NCBI GenBank assembly: GCA_903813345.2 | Contig: CAIIXF020000001.1 | Location: 36,146,001-36,210,000, forward strand | Source of the DNA: Owenia fusiformis | Lineage: Eukaryota | Length of the DNA: 64,000 nucleotides | Direction: 5' to 3' | Part shown: positions 26,558-40,371 of the stretch, piece by piece | Numbering within the stretch: the stretch's first letter is position 1 | How the letters are laid out: every line of letters begins with the position of its first letter | The notes under the pieces: model-generated | Seen by the model: the letters and a program-made list of their open reading frames with translations, nothing else | Told to the model about the DNA's origin: nothing | Databases searched by the model: none | Program-made: the position numbers and the translations under genes

Positions 26558-28283
26558 AGTCTTACATCATACACTTTGTCTGTATGTTATCATTGATTTA
26601 TGCACGAAAAGGCTTCCAGTTCCAACATAGTATAACATGTGTGTGCACCAGAAATATTCAACTTGTTGAAGGTCCAACCAAAATTAACATTGTTAAATAT
26701 TTTATTTGTCACCACTGTCCTTAGGAATATTTATATACGAGTCCATCTTCTATTGAAAGTATTGAATTCCTATGCCTGCTCATATTTTTAATTACACATT
26801 TCCAGTATAATGTTACAATTGAATACAGATTTTTATGGCTAGTGGTGTTATTTTTTTATCAATAAATCATACTATTACTTACTGTCACCAAATACCTATT
26901 AAGGTATTGATATTGTTAACCATAAACTATAAAACTGATAAGTTAATCCTTGGATGTTAATATATACATATGTATAGGACATGAGGAAAAGAAAGGGCAA
27001 TATCAGCAAAACAGTAAACAATAACAAACAGTAGAGACATGACCCAAAACAGTACTGAAGCTATAAAGACACTGTCAAAAGAGTAAAGATCATTAATCAA
27101 TAGCTTCCCAGACAGTTGAAACAGTGCCTCCAACACCAATATTAAAGAAGCATGTATGCATTCCAGATATCATAAATATCATGAACATTGACTACTAACT
27201 GACAAAATATCCTACATTGAACATACATAAACATAAAACCGTATTATTCCATAAGTAAATCAGTAGGAAGAGCAAGACACAGAATGTTTTGAATATTCAA
27301 CACCAAAATAAAAACATACAATCACCAAAAATCAAACTCGCTCTGCTTTCAATTTGCAAAGATGTAATATCTCTAAAAGCGTGTTAAAATCTGTGAACTG
27401 ATAAATGGTCCTGATGAGAATGGGTATGATAGAGCTATAGTATATAAAGGCTATAAAGATCACATAGATCCCATGAGATAAGAAATCACAAGGAAATATG
27501 TTCTATCATGATTTTGATAAATTTGTCTAGTTCCCCAATTTAACCACATTAGTTATGAATAATAGTATTAAGGTCAATGATGGTTACAATGATTTATTGC
27601 TTGCTTGTGGGTAGTTATTACCAACCTGTGGGACATGATTTTCCGCAACAAAGACTCCGGCTTATTTTATGGTCCCAAGTTAAGATCATGTAGACCACTT
27701 ATTTGTTTTATGGTTTCTCTGACGCAAACTGATTTAATTTATGTGGCCATTGATTTGGGTAGAAGGTAGAAATTAGTCAATAAAGAGCACTTACATAATA
27801 CATAGAGAACAATGGATTAGGTAAATATTGTCAGAATAGCTTCAATCTTGCTTGAATACATTGGATCATGTTATGATTATATTTTGACAATTGATTCATG
27901 TGTTGGCTTAGCGGATTGACTTCAGGGTTTCTTACTGCCATTACACATCAAAGTTGTTCAGTATTGACCCCATAGCAGGTAGGTCATATTTTGAATTCTC
28001 ATGTTCTTTGGAAATTTTTGGTATTTTCTATATTTTGAAACCATTATTTCAATTGACTATTGTCCATCCATGGATCTATGTTTTTTTGTTTTATTTTATG
28101 CGTGGTATGGGTATGTATTGTTCTCATAACATTCACAGAGAATATTCGATGTGGCCCATGAGGTGAAATTATTAATTTTAGAGGTCAAGGTCATCTTCAG
28201 ACTGAATGATGATATTCAGACCAATTGTAATTATCAGGAGATGTTCAATAGTGGAATAGTGAAGCCGTCTTTCCATCCTTCCG

Positions 28284-28525
28284 CAGGCCTGTCAACTGTC
28301 CCGCAATTTGCGTATTTGTCACGCATTTGCTGAAGAATTTGAAGTCACACCAGTTTTTTTTGCGTGACAAAAAATGTCACGCAAATACGCATTTTACCTG
28401 GTAATTGTCAAGCAAAAATATTTCTGTAGAAAATTTTTCAAAATATGTTTACGATACGGTAAAAATACGAATGTCGGAAAAAAACCGAACGCAATTTGTT
28501 CGGATTTGTCACGCGAATCCCGTAC
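28284..28525. mobile_element. Partial DNA-transposon end (hAT-like left terminus)
   Basis: CAGGCCTGTCAACTGTCCCGC start, repeated TGTCACGC motifs, local CpG enrichment; no matching right TIR found. Confidence 0.35.
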
Positions 28526-29702
28526 CTACCTATTTCTATGAGTGATTTGATAAAATATGTTTTGTTTGGTTCATCTTGCTACTCCAGGGAGTTGCTGTTT
28601 TACTAGTTGGCTTTTTGGAAATCATTCCAGAAGAATATGTCAGAGCAAAGAAAATTTACAAATATAATCCTCTATTAGGTGCATTAGGTGTCATTGCACA
28701 TTGACATTTATTTTGAAGGAGGTTGCATAGCGAGGAGGATCACGTTTATTATGTTGAGCATTTCTTTTTTGTCTTAAAATGTCAGTTTATGATTTGAACA
28801 TCAGTTCTGTCTTACATATTGAGTTCCAAGAAGAATTTGCAATTGATTCACAGTCACTTATTCCATTTTTATTATTTTTAATGTCACTATGACACTATGA
28901 GGTTGACTTGTATAAATGAATTTCCCCGTGTTTTAGGTTTGGGATTGTCATGATAATGGTGTTAGTAGGGAGGGGGTATCAGGCATTGTTTCTCTTTTTG
29001 TGATATTTCAGATTGTTTTCATTTTGATAGGTTGTGTTCTCCTGTGTTTTTCTCCTGTGTTTTGTGTTTAATGTCTCTCCCTCTTTGGTCTCATGCATAC
29101 ATACTTTTTCACGAAAGACCTTGGCAACTGGAGTGACAAAAATCTAAAGAAATTTTTAAATAATTCGATAAAATTGGGAGATAATAGTTTTAATTCAGTT
29201 ATATCGCCATCAATTTAGCCGTTTCTGTGAGTATTTCTATTGATATCCATGCATGTGTGTGTCAATTAATCTACTATAACATTCTGCTATTTAGTCAAAC
29301 TGAGTCCATTTTTAAGGAGGAAATTCATGTTTCACCCTATTATCGCCCATATATTTATCTCCAGGGATTTTTAAATTTGAGCCATCTTCTACAGGAGAAT
29401 TTGGGAGACACACTGTGAGTTAAATAGAGAGAATATGTATTTACTGATGGAGTTCATATATCTAATGATCAAGTCATCAAAGTGAAATTATGCACCATGT
29501 AATTGCTTCAAAAAATATGACAATGACATAGATCAATAAAACGGAATACATCCAATTATTGTATTATGTTACATGTTTATAAAAGCTTTTCAATAATTAA
29601 TGCAATTGTTATCTTGGGACATTTTGATGCTTTATTAGCAATTCCATTTTCATTTTATTATTAGTTCACATATCGAATCTATGGAATGGCCTACTTATAT
29701 GT

Positions 29703-29788
29703 TTATCTGTCTATCCATCCTTTTGTCCATCCATCCATCCGTCTTTCCGTCCATCTGTCTGTCCGTCCATCCGTCCTTCTGTCTGTCA
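29703..29788. repeat. (TCCA/TCCG/TCTG)n tetranucleotide microsatellite
   Basis: CCATCCATCCGTCTTTCCGTCCATCTGTCTGTCCGTCC; this repeat type is common inside HINE-like elements. Confidence 0.7.
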
Positions 29789-30495
29789 ACAATATTCAGA
29801 CAAATACAACTGACTAAACTAAAGTTCATTTCATTTTAAGGGTATCCATGTCTATATCTAGCAACTTACAAATTTGACCTACTTTTGCAAATACTTGTAA
29901 TTTTTATGAAGGAAGTTTCTTTTGTGAGTTCCTTATAAGGTCATTTTGCAGTAGCACCTCAGCAACATAACAGGCAATATCAATCAGTTTATTGTGATCT
30001 TTGCTGTACCAAGGGATATGGTTTTGAACATTTGCGCAGTCTAAAACAATTACAAGATGAAGAACCCATTACAACCTGCTTACAAACATTTGCATATTAC
30101 AATCTCATAGGATTAGAATGTCATGTCAACTGAAATACTGTGAAAATGCCAAGCAAAGGTGCATAACCAGGAGTCTGTTTGCTATACTTTGACTATGACA
30201 TAATGATTTACATGCATGGTTATAACAATGAATTTAGGAATTTTTAGAATGTTCTTGTAATCAATTCATGATCTGTAATGATTAATAACCTCTCAATTTG
30301 ATCTATTTGAAGTTCATCTATTCTTTTGCTCACTTATCAGAATGAATTGGTATTGTATAGAATGTATACCATTAAGATGTTAGTTGATTCCTGATTATTT
30401 GCTAGGCAACAGTGATTTAAGACTATATTGTTTCTCAGATTACTTTGTTTTATTGAGCTAATCATGGGTAATAGATTTTTGCAAAACAGTTATGT

Positions 30496-31915
30496 TTTGA
30501 AACGACAAAGAGTAATATCTGAAATGACAAAGAGCAATATCTGAAACTACAAAGAGCAATACTTTGAACTACAAAAAGCTATGTCTGAAACTACAAACAG
30601 CAATATCTGAAACTAAGAAGAGCAATATTTGAAATAACAAGACCAATATCTGAAACTACAAAAAGCAATATCTGAAACTACAAACAGCAATATCTGAAAC
30701 TACAAAAAGCAATATCTGAAAATACAAACAGCAATATCTGAAACTACAAACAGCAATGTCTGAAACTACAAACAGCAATATCTGAAACTACAAAAAGCAA
30801 TATCTGAAACTACAAACAGCAATGTCTGAAACTACAAAGAGCAATATCTGTAACTACAAAAAGCAATATCTGAAACTACAAACAGCAATATCTGAAACTA
30901 CAAAAAGCAATATCTGAAAATACAAACAGCAATATCTGAAACTACAAACAGCAATATCTGAAACTACAAAAAGCAATATCTGAAAATACAAACAGCAATA
31001 TCTGAAACTGCAAACAGCAATGTCTGAAACTACAAACAGCAATATCTGAAACTACAAAAAGCAATATCTGAAACTACAAACAGCAATGTCTGAAACTACA
31101 AAGAGCAATATCTGTAACTACAAAAAGCAATATCTGAAACTACAAAAAGCAATATCTGAAAATACAAACAGCAATATCTGAAACTACAAACAGCAATGTC
31201 TGAAACTACAAAGAGCAATATCTGTAACTACAAAAAGCAATATCTGAAACTACAAACAGCAATATCTGAAAATACAAACAGCAATATCTGAAACTACAAA
31301 CAGCAATATCTGAACTAGTTCAAACGCAGCCAGTGGCCAAAAATAATAAATTCAGAGAGGAATGATGCTTTGGAAGGAAGAGAAAAAATTTCTTAGTTTT
31401 GTTTCAAAATATGAGTCAGAATGCGCTGATTTTGATGAAAAAGTCGAAAATTGTTCATGATTCTTGCAAGCCCATGTTGAGAAATATCTTGAAGAAATAC
31501 AACTTACTAAAAGCCTTGAAATCAAAGCTTCAAAATGAGCCTCAAAAATGCTCATATACAATGCACCAATTTTGATGAAAAAATCAAAATTTTCTGGACC
31601 CCCTCTGGACTCGCTTTGCTCTGACCGTTCGGAAAAATTGTGGCTAATTATATAAGAATAGGCTACTAATTAAAAAAAATATTAGCCATTTTGGCTAACA
31701 TTGATTTTTCTTAATGCAGAAACAGCAATATCTGAAACTACAAAAAGTAATATCTGAAACTACAAACAGCAATGTCTGAAACTACAAACAGCAATATCTG
31801 AAAGTACAAACAGCAATGTTTGAAACTACAAACAGCAATATCTGAAAATGCAATATCTGGAAACAACCAGCAATATCTGGAAACAACCAGCAATGTCTGA
31901 AACTAAAAAGCAATT
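30496..31915. repeat. 22-bp minisatellite (AAACTACAAACAGCAATATCTG) interrupted by a ~400-bp insert at ~31316-31717
   Basis: More than 35 units before the insert and ~8 after it. Confidence 0.95.
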
Positions 31916-32461
31916 TCTAGGCTATATCTAAAATTAAATTATCGAACAATATGTATAAATAGAGCAATAAACCACAAAGTGCAATATCTTAAAGTGCAAT
32001 ATCAGTGCTAATGCCAATGTAGTGCATAATGTAAATTTTTCTTTGTTTTATGCTTGAGTGCTTATGTAGAAGTGTATTACATCAATAAATGTCCATTTGA
32101 TATGAATAAATTGGGTTAGTTCAGTTCAATAGGTTTCTTTGAACATTGTTTCCTTTGATGTTTCATTTTTCTTATTTATCACATCACAATAATACTCAAG
32201 GGATATTCACTATAGTAGAGTATTTTCTTATATTTCTGTAGATTTCATTTGGTCAAAGAATAAAGATTTGATGTAGAAGGTATGGATCAATTGCTTACTG
32301 GTAAATTCATTCAAGTGCGGAATAAATTCAACTGTGACAGTTTTAGGCCCACTATCTGTCTGTCTAATGCTCTCTAGACTCATTTTACTCCATTTCATTT
32401 TTTATTGTTTCCATAAAAGGTAGTTTTTTAACATGAACTTTGCTGAAGCCTCCCCTCATAT

Positions 32462-32768
32462 TCTATGTGAGTAGGTAGTTACCAGTTTCACCCCCAGGTG
32501 GCTGATTCGGGTTAATTAACATGGCAGGTATATAAGAAAGCTCCCTTAAACTTGATGTTTTCAGTTTAAGTGAATCAATTTTCATATAATCTTTATATGT
32601 CATCTATGGGGAATCTCCCCGACCTAGAAGTCACATCTTCAAAGAAGATTAAATTATAAAAGTTGGTAAATACTTTTTTAAACCACAGTTCTAGAAGCAA
32701 TTTTACATGTATAGACTTGAAATATGATATCTCTATAGTATATCAAGATTATTTCTACTAGCATCTAG
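32462..32768. mobile_element. Decayed, internally deleted copy of the element at 43185-43614
   Basis: Near-identical GAGTAGGTAGTTACCAGTTTCAC...TTAAACTTGA, CTATGGGGAATCTCCCCGA and ATCAAGATTATTTCTACT blocks. Confidence 0.8.
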
Positions 32769-32942
32769 TATATTAGAGTTTATGTCACGCATATCTTACA
32801 TTATATTAGATCTAATAAGAAAACTGAAATGTAGGAATTTTTGAGGATCAGATCTGGAGGCCGTCAAAAGGTCAATTGATCATTGTTAAGTCATTTCTCT
32901 TTTGGGAATTTGCATCATACTCCGTAATTGAATCATTACCAG

Positions 32943-33078
32943 GGGGCCATTAACAGAAACTTCATAAAGTTACGAATTCGTAAAGTCCATTGTTCTCTAA
33001 CTGTGACGTCATTATATCCATGGTTACAACAATTGATTTACGAATTCGTAACTTTATGAAGTTTCTGTTAATGACCCC
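32943..33078. mobile_element. ~136-bp PIF/Harbinger-like MITE
   Basis: GGGGCCATTAACAGAAACTTCATAAAGTTACGAATTCGTAAA / TTTACGAATTCGTAACTTTATGAAGTTTCTGTTAATGACCCC (~42-bp TIR, one mismatch); flanks CAG/CAT. Confidence 0.8.
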
Positions 33079-33423
33079 CATACCACTAACATGTTGAAGT
33101 ATTACTTCCACCTGCTAATCTGAGGCAATTAGAAATTCTTCCATTCATTTTCCTTTGACAAGACTATTTTTTAGACTATTTTTGTCATACCATGAGTGGC
33201 CATGAGTTTCATATTGTTGTCATAACCAGCAGCGTTATCATAGAAGCTCAGTGTGATTATTGTGGTTTTGGGAGCCAGTTGACTAAAATGTGTTTTTGGC
33301 TCACACAAAGAGCCATATGGGATAGACTTGGCATCTGTTTGTTGGTCAGTCCGTCCATCTATCAACGTTGGCCGGACTTAAACTGCTATTCATATTAAGC
33401 CATACCCACATTCATTTTATGTA

Positions 33424-34508
33424 CGAGGGGTGATCAATAAGTAATGGACGCTTTTTTATACAGATGCTTTTTATAGACCAATCCCTTCTATTTTCTTACC
33501 AGTGATACATCATTCAATTATCTATCAACTCTGAAGATTTGAAGACAAAATATATAATACATGTTGATATATCCTCATTTCTGTGAAGGAGGTACAGGTA
33601 CCCCGGGACCGACATTTACATCACATATTCTGAAGCTATTTTAGCTTGTTTAACATGCAATGGAGTTGAATGCAGGCAGAACAAAACAAACCATTATGGT
33701 CATGAATACCCCATTTTGTTATGCCATAGTTGATTTTGAATATTTTATCATCACTATGTGGTATTCATGCCACATTCATTCCACAGGGCCCTCTAAATAG
33801 GTTCCATCAAGTGCTACATGTACACAATTCCTCATCCCCTTAACTCAAGATTGTGAGACAAGGCTGAATCCATTCTCTGACATGGTAGCAAGATGCAGTT
33901 GCACGGGTTGTTTTATTTAATCAATGTTAATAAACCTGCGTCCTTTCTCTTTAGAAATAAGTAGTACAGAAATAAACAAGTCACATGTGAGCAGATGTGG
34001 ACAATATAGTGCATTGGCCAAGGTCTCGATTTTGAGGTCCAGGGATATTGTTTTCTGAATATTTTGAGATCTGTGGGCAGGTGCATTGTCAATATGGAGT
34101 AGGGTGTTCCCTTCTCTCACCACCCCTTTCTTCCACAATACTTTCTCATATTGACCTGCAAACCCCTTCCATACAACACTTTGACATTACAATACTTTCT
34201 GTTTATGTGTTACCAGTCAGCAAAAAATGTCAAACAATACAACACTTGCTGCATATAAAAAGTTCAAATCTAACTAAAATTTACCAAACTGGCTAAAAAC
34301 TGAATATGTGACGTAAATGTCGGTCCTGGGGTACCTGTACCCCCTTCACGGAAATAAGGATATATCAACATGAATTATATATTTTGTCTTCAAATCTTCA
34401 GAATTGATAGATAATTAAATGATATATCACTGGTAGGAAAATCAAAGGGATTGGTCAATAAAAAGTATCTGTGTAAAAAAGCGTCCATTACTTATTGATC
34501 ACCCCTCG
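33424..34508 (-). mobile_element. Internally deleted mariner transposon with ~200-bp TIRs and a transposase remnant
   Basis: CGAGGGGTGATCAATAAGTAATGGACG / CGTCCATTACTTATTGATCACCCCTCG with TA flanks; minus-strand LLHIDNAPAHRS...LYCPHLLTCDLF matches mariner HDNAPAH...YSPDLAPCDF. Confidence 0.92.
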
Positions 34509-34924
34509 TATATCCATAGTGTCTATTTGACCTGTCATCGCCATTTCCCAGGTTCGCCCAGTTTCAGAGAAATTGTCAATTTTGACTTTAAGTAGAACTT
34601 TCAAATAAATGTTAGTAGTTGCTGTATGTGCAACACTGTCCTCTGAAAACTTCAAAGCTCTTGGAATTACAGTTTACCATTTGACAAAAAGTAGGACTTT
34701 GTCATTTATAAAGCCAAAGCCAAGGCCATCTCTATATTCTAGCTGCTAATGAATTCATTTGTTTATTATTGTGGTTTCATTTATAGTGATATTAATAACA
34801 GAATAATATTAACATTAACATACCATCGCTATCTCTTGCAAAATGTGAGTTCAGATTTCAACATGGTTGTTATTCATTGTTGTTTACGAGCCAAGTTTCA
34901 CTACTCTGAAAAATTATTTTATGT

Positions 34925-35097
34925 GCACAGGTACACAGACATACAGGTACACACCACAGCCTTTTATACGAGTCGTGAACCACTCAGTCAAACACCCAGA
35001 ATTACATAACGCACAAACAAACTTGTCTGAACCGGGAATCGAACCCGGGGCCAAGCGATATTGGTAACCTTGACTCTCTCTGCCACTGAGCCACTGT
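34925..35097 (-). mobile_element. tRNA-derived SINE
   Basis: Minus strand reads A-box TGGCTCAGTGG (35093-35083) and B-box GGTTCGATTCC (35045-35035), then a non-tRNA body and a simple-repeat-like tail. Confidence 0.7.
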
Positions 35098-38065
35098 TGT
35101 CATGGGGATTCCAGGAAAATGTCTCAATGAATTTACTTCAAATTTAGACAAACACATCAGTGTCATCAAATGTTTTTCTAAGGGGAGTATTACAAAACGT
35201 TCCATGTATTCTCCTGTGAGCAAGAACCTTTATTTTTTTCCTATTTGCATATTAGTTCCTGTATTACTTAATGTCTACAGTACTCAATATTGTTTGGTCC
35301 ATAAAAGGTGTAATGGAATGATATAATCCATTTTTATTATTAACTGGCTTTTTATGTGGTAACATGGAATGAAATGTGATGTGATATGGCATGCAGAAAT
35401 GTCATTTAAACAATACAAGGGCAAAATTATATATAGAGAGCAATGAATAAGTGAAGGTAACAATGGAGGCCAGTGAATGATTGAGGCTGACATGATCTGA
35501 TAATATGAAATGCAGCGATCTCCCCAGCATTAAAGCAAGTAATCGCAGCATCCACCTGAGAATTTAAATACAGGCTTGCACCCATCTGAAAATGAGACAG
35601 ATCATGAAATATGGGCATATTTTGATCAATATCAGTGTGAATTGTGAAAATGAGAATTTTGCACCCACTTGAGAAAAAATCCTGGGTAAATCACTGAAAT
35701 GATATTTGATAATATGATGTGATGATTATGATCGATGACTTAAAACCTTTCAGCATTGTATTATGATGATTGCACATCTCATACACATGTAGCCTTTATA
35801 TATCAAGTACTCCATCGTACCACAAGCAATCCAATATCCTGAACAAGACCATTGAATACCTCTTATCCTTCATTAGTAGATTAAAATAAGAGGTGTACGA
35901 GCAATTTTTAAATGCCTGTGCTGCCTTAGCACTCAGGCTATTTATTAATTTCATGATCAGCTTGATATATTTGGTTATCTAGCTGCTATCATATTAGTCC
36001 AGAAATATTTGTCTTTGATTACGTGATAGGTCCATCAGATAGTGTGCTTCCATTAATAAATGATGGACATTTTGTAATACTGATTCTATTGATTTATATG
36101 TTTGCACCATTATAAGTCTTTTATTAAGCATTTGTATATCCCCTCCACCCTCCAGTAAAATAATTTTGCTTGATAACGAAACAGATAATGGGGGGCTCCG
36201 TTACTATCATGTCACGAACATATAAGCAAAGAGGTTTGATCTTGACATAACATCATCTTGTATAATATAATCCATATATTCTTATTATGTTACCAGCAGA
36301 GGACAATATTCTGCGGTTAGTGTTTAATGGTTGGTGCTGATGGTGTTTGGTGTCTGTAACAAATGGCAGGTGGTCACATTTTGCATAATAATGCCTTGTC
36401 TATGACTGTGATTCTAATTTTTACAAAATTACATAGTACTATTACAATTTTATAATTTCTTGTGTTTCATTACCATTGGCAAACATTCACAGTCATTTTC
36501 AGAATGCCTTGGGTATTAAAGATTAATGCTATGTTTCCGAGAATGAAGCTAATAGGGGAAGTAGGCAGAGTTTTACATATGGTCCATTATGCCTTATTGA
36601 ATGTGAAACCTTGCTTGATCACACTATTATCAATTCCCAGGGCACAATTAGCTTTTTACTAAGATGACAATCATATATTCACATATGTGTCATTTGTCTA
36701 GTCGATTGGTTCAACCAGGTTTTATCAAAATTGCTTAAATTTATTACAACTGGTTCAAAGACCAAACATATGCAAATTTTAATCAAAGTTTCATTAGTTG
36801 TCAGATAGTGAAATGACCTTTTTATGTCAGAACAAAAAAATGATATTTTGTTATATAGCCTCCCTCCATCTTTTTAGTAACGAGCATCAGTTACATCTGT
36901 AACAGATGTTTTGCTTTTCTCAGTTCGCCACTTGTGCTTTCATATTTTTTGTAACTATTTGTAATGACTTAGTGATCTTCAAATTGACAGGAAATGTATA
37001 TTGTCAGCACATATAGACATATTTCAACAGCTTCTTTGTTATTATATATGTCACCATGGCAACTCAAGAGAAACCTAGCATTCATTCAGAGTAATGAGTA
37101 ACGAACTCTAACATGAGCAAGGAGAGCATTTTTGTCATGTACTAGTATTATCTTATGGATTTGGCCATTTGGTATCCTTGCTGATTGTAAGGTTGCTGAA
37201 TCAAGAGATACATGCATACTACTACTGGTACTACAACTCTAGTGTGTATGAGAACTCGTATGCTACTGATAGCAAACCATTGAATGAAAATATATACAAG
37301 TCTAGTAATCATTTGGCTTTATCAGGTCTTATATACCTCGTTGTGTATAGGTAGAACACCTCTTGAATGTGACAATTTCTACTAAAGGCAGCATTTTGCA
37401 TTAACTGGTAAGTACATATTATAAGCACTGCTATCAACAATAAAGATGATACAATAGAATGCAAGGAGTCATATTATCCATTGTTTTATGTAAGTATTAA
37501 CATTTTTTTCTTGAATTTCTTTTAATGTATAGCAAAGCTGCATGAATCAACCTTTTAAACCTATAGATCATTTCAGAAAATGGGTGAGGATCAGGATCAC
37601 ATGTGATCATATATAAGATACGAGCATCATTCTAAGATAGCTTGGGATCTAAAATTACCTGGAGAGATTTAATAACTAGTGTTTTGTTGACTTTTCATTT
37701 TTAGGTTAATTTGATTATCTTTTATTTTTATTATTTATTTTTAGGTTTATGAAATAACATGGATATGATGTATACAAAACAAATCAAATTGAAGCACCTG
37801 TTTGTCTTGATGTAAACATATTGTGAGCGTATTATATAATAATAACAGTGTTATATAAAATGAACTAATTAGATATTTTTCTGTAAATTTAAGATTTGTT
37901 ACTCTTTGTTTTGCAGGTAGTATAGTGGACCAATAGAGCACTTCTGATGCAAAAGCGTATCTAGGAGACACTCATCGAAGCATTCCAGAAAGAGACCCCT
38001 TGTGTGGGATTAATTTGTAGTTTAGTTGTAGTACTATCAACGTAGAATAAACACTAAATAGAGAT

Positions 38066-38443
38066 ATGGGTAAACAAAACAGTAAACTGAAACCAGAAGT
38101 GTTGGATGATTTGCGCAGTAATACTGAATTCACGGATCAGGAAATACATGAATGGTACAAGGGTTTCCTAAAGGATTGCCCCAGTGGACATTTATCCGTG
38201 GAGGAATTCAAGAAAATCTATGGAAATTTTTTCCCGTATGGTGATGCAAGTAAATTTGCTGAACATGTATTCCGTACTTTTGATACGAATCATGATGGAA
38301 CCATAGATTTTAGGGAGTTTATTTGTGCATTGAGTGTTACGTCACGTGGCAAACTGGAACAAAAACTCAAGTGGGCATTTAGCATGTACGATCTTGATGG
38401 GAACGGCTACATATCAAGGCAGGAGATGCTAGAAATAGTTCAG
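38066..38443 (+). CDS. Nca: Neurocalcin/hippocalcin-like calcium sensor, coding exon 1 (126 codons, EF1-EF3)
   Basis: [13 protein letters not shown]...[38 protein letters not shown], closely matching invertebrate neurocalcin; upstream acceptor TTGCAG (AG 37915-37916); phase-0 donor CAG|GTGAGA at 38444. Confidence 0.97.
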
Positions 38444-38541
38444 GTGAGAAGAATAACTTCATAGTTGAGCTAGACAGAGTAGAATATTGAAACGTTTACA
38501 TGTAATGTGTAAATTCAGGTCAAAATCTCAAAATATTAGAT

Positions 38542-38630
38542 ATACCTTAACTCTGTTCTATTTAATACCTTAACTCTGTTCTATTTAATACCTTAAATCT
38601 ATTCTTTTTAAATACCTTAAATCTATTCTT
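38542..38630. repeat. ~23-bp tandem repeat, ~4 copies
   Basis: TACCTTAA(C/A)TCT(G/A)TTCT repeated. Confidence 0.75.
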
Positions 38631-40048
38631 CTTCAACATGTATTATAACAACTTCAGTATGAATGAAATGTCCTTTGGTCTTCTGGTCTTGGATTTTGAT
38701 ATTGGTTCTTGAATGGTGGGGGTAAAGGGGGTATTAGACATTGTTTCTTTTCACGTTAGATCATTGTTTTGGGCTATATGGATTTTTTTTCTTGACTGGT
38801 ATTCACTTAGAGTTTGCTTTTTCTTGCTAAGTTCCATTACAACTTTTGGTCCTTTCCCTTTGGCACTAGTGCTTATATATCTATATTAAGTTGACTTTGT
38901 CTTTATAATTTTTTAACTAAATTCTTGAGTTATACCTTCCTTCCAAAACATACCTCTTTATACATACTGGCCAAGGAGGTAGGTAGCTGGAGGGTGGAGA
39001 CTTGGTACAAGACTGTTTTAATATTTGAATTAATATAATACATGTAGTAATGGAAGATGCAGGAGCTATTTTGAAATGGAATGGTGATTATTCATGTCGG
39101 TGTCAAATGAACCATCAAGGGAGATGAATGTCAATGTGGTAATGACATCACACTCATTTGTGTCTGGTCAGGCTAATCTTTTTCCATGTCTAGCAGATAT
39201 TTTTAAACCGTAAACCAGGTTGACTCCAATGATAATGACAATGATGATATTCCATTGTAAAAAAGTGAATGATGTTGACATATGTCACATGGTCCCACAA
39301 AACAACAATACTTCCAATTTATTGGCCTCATAAATCTAGTCATCAAAATGACAGGAAAAAAAATTCCCATTCAACTTGCAATTTTTACATAAGCAAGATT
39401 AGACTTGTGTCAAGAGCCGATTAGATTTTTGGCATGATGGATAATTTACTTGTTGGCCATATTGACTTTTTCAGTTATAAGTGTGATATTTATCACTGCG
39501 TGTCTTGTTTGAAATACGCTATCATAACTCATAGGCCTTACCCCTCCCTAAAGTTGTGTTGTCATATGTTTGTTGCCATATATCAGTTAAATGTCCTTGT
39601 CCCTAGAAGGTTCAACATTGTCGTCATTATGTAAAATTGATGCTTGAGAATTGTGAAATACTGTTAATGAGAGCCTGCTTGTTTGTTATTAAAACATGAT
39701 TCACTTCCATTTTGGATGGGATGATAGTTGATTAGAAAAGTTGGGAGTTATTCATTTTGGTTCACACTCCCCCTCTATCTATTTCCTGATCTGTGTTGGC
39801 GAAAATGTGGGGGTTGAAGCAACATAGTGCCACGATGCTTGATTATAAAATTGCCTTTGATATGTGGTACATACAAGTATTTGATTTTTATGTCACCACC
39901 ACATACTCTAACTTGTGGATGATGTTCGGCAGTTGGCATTTGGCAGTCAATGTTTGTCATTCGGTGGTTAGCATTCAGTATCTGCAGAAATGCCAGGTAG
40001 TGACATTTTGCATGTTAAAGGGGCAACAAGTCAATGTCTTGTTTGTGA

Positions 40049-40371
40049 CTATTATATTCAGTGCCACTGTAGTGTTCTCTGTAGGACATGTCCCTCTTAT
40101 ATGCATGATTCAGTGATCTCCCCATCATTAGAGCATTAGGGCAACTGAGTGCTGCACTATTATATTCAGTGCCACTGTAGTGTTCTTTGTAAGACATGTC
40201 CCTGTTATATGCATGATTCAGTGATCTCCCCATCATTAGAGCATTAGGGCAACTGAGTGCTGCACTATTATATTCAGTGCCACTGTAGTGTTCTTTGTAA
40301 GACATGTCCCTGTTATATGCATGATTCAGTGATCTCCCCACCATTAGAGCATTAGGGCAACTGAGTGCTGC
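40049..40371. repeat. 108-bp tandem repeat, 3 copies
   Basis: GCAACTGAGTGCTG at 40141, 40249 and 40357. Confidence 0.95.

Noticed and set aside
35030..35097. Functional tRNA gene
   Set aside because: A and B boxes are present, but I could not form convincing acceptor and anticodon stems and the sequence continues into a SINE-like body.
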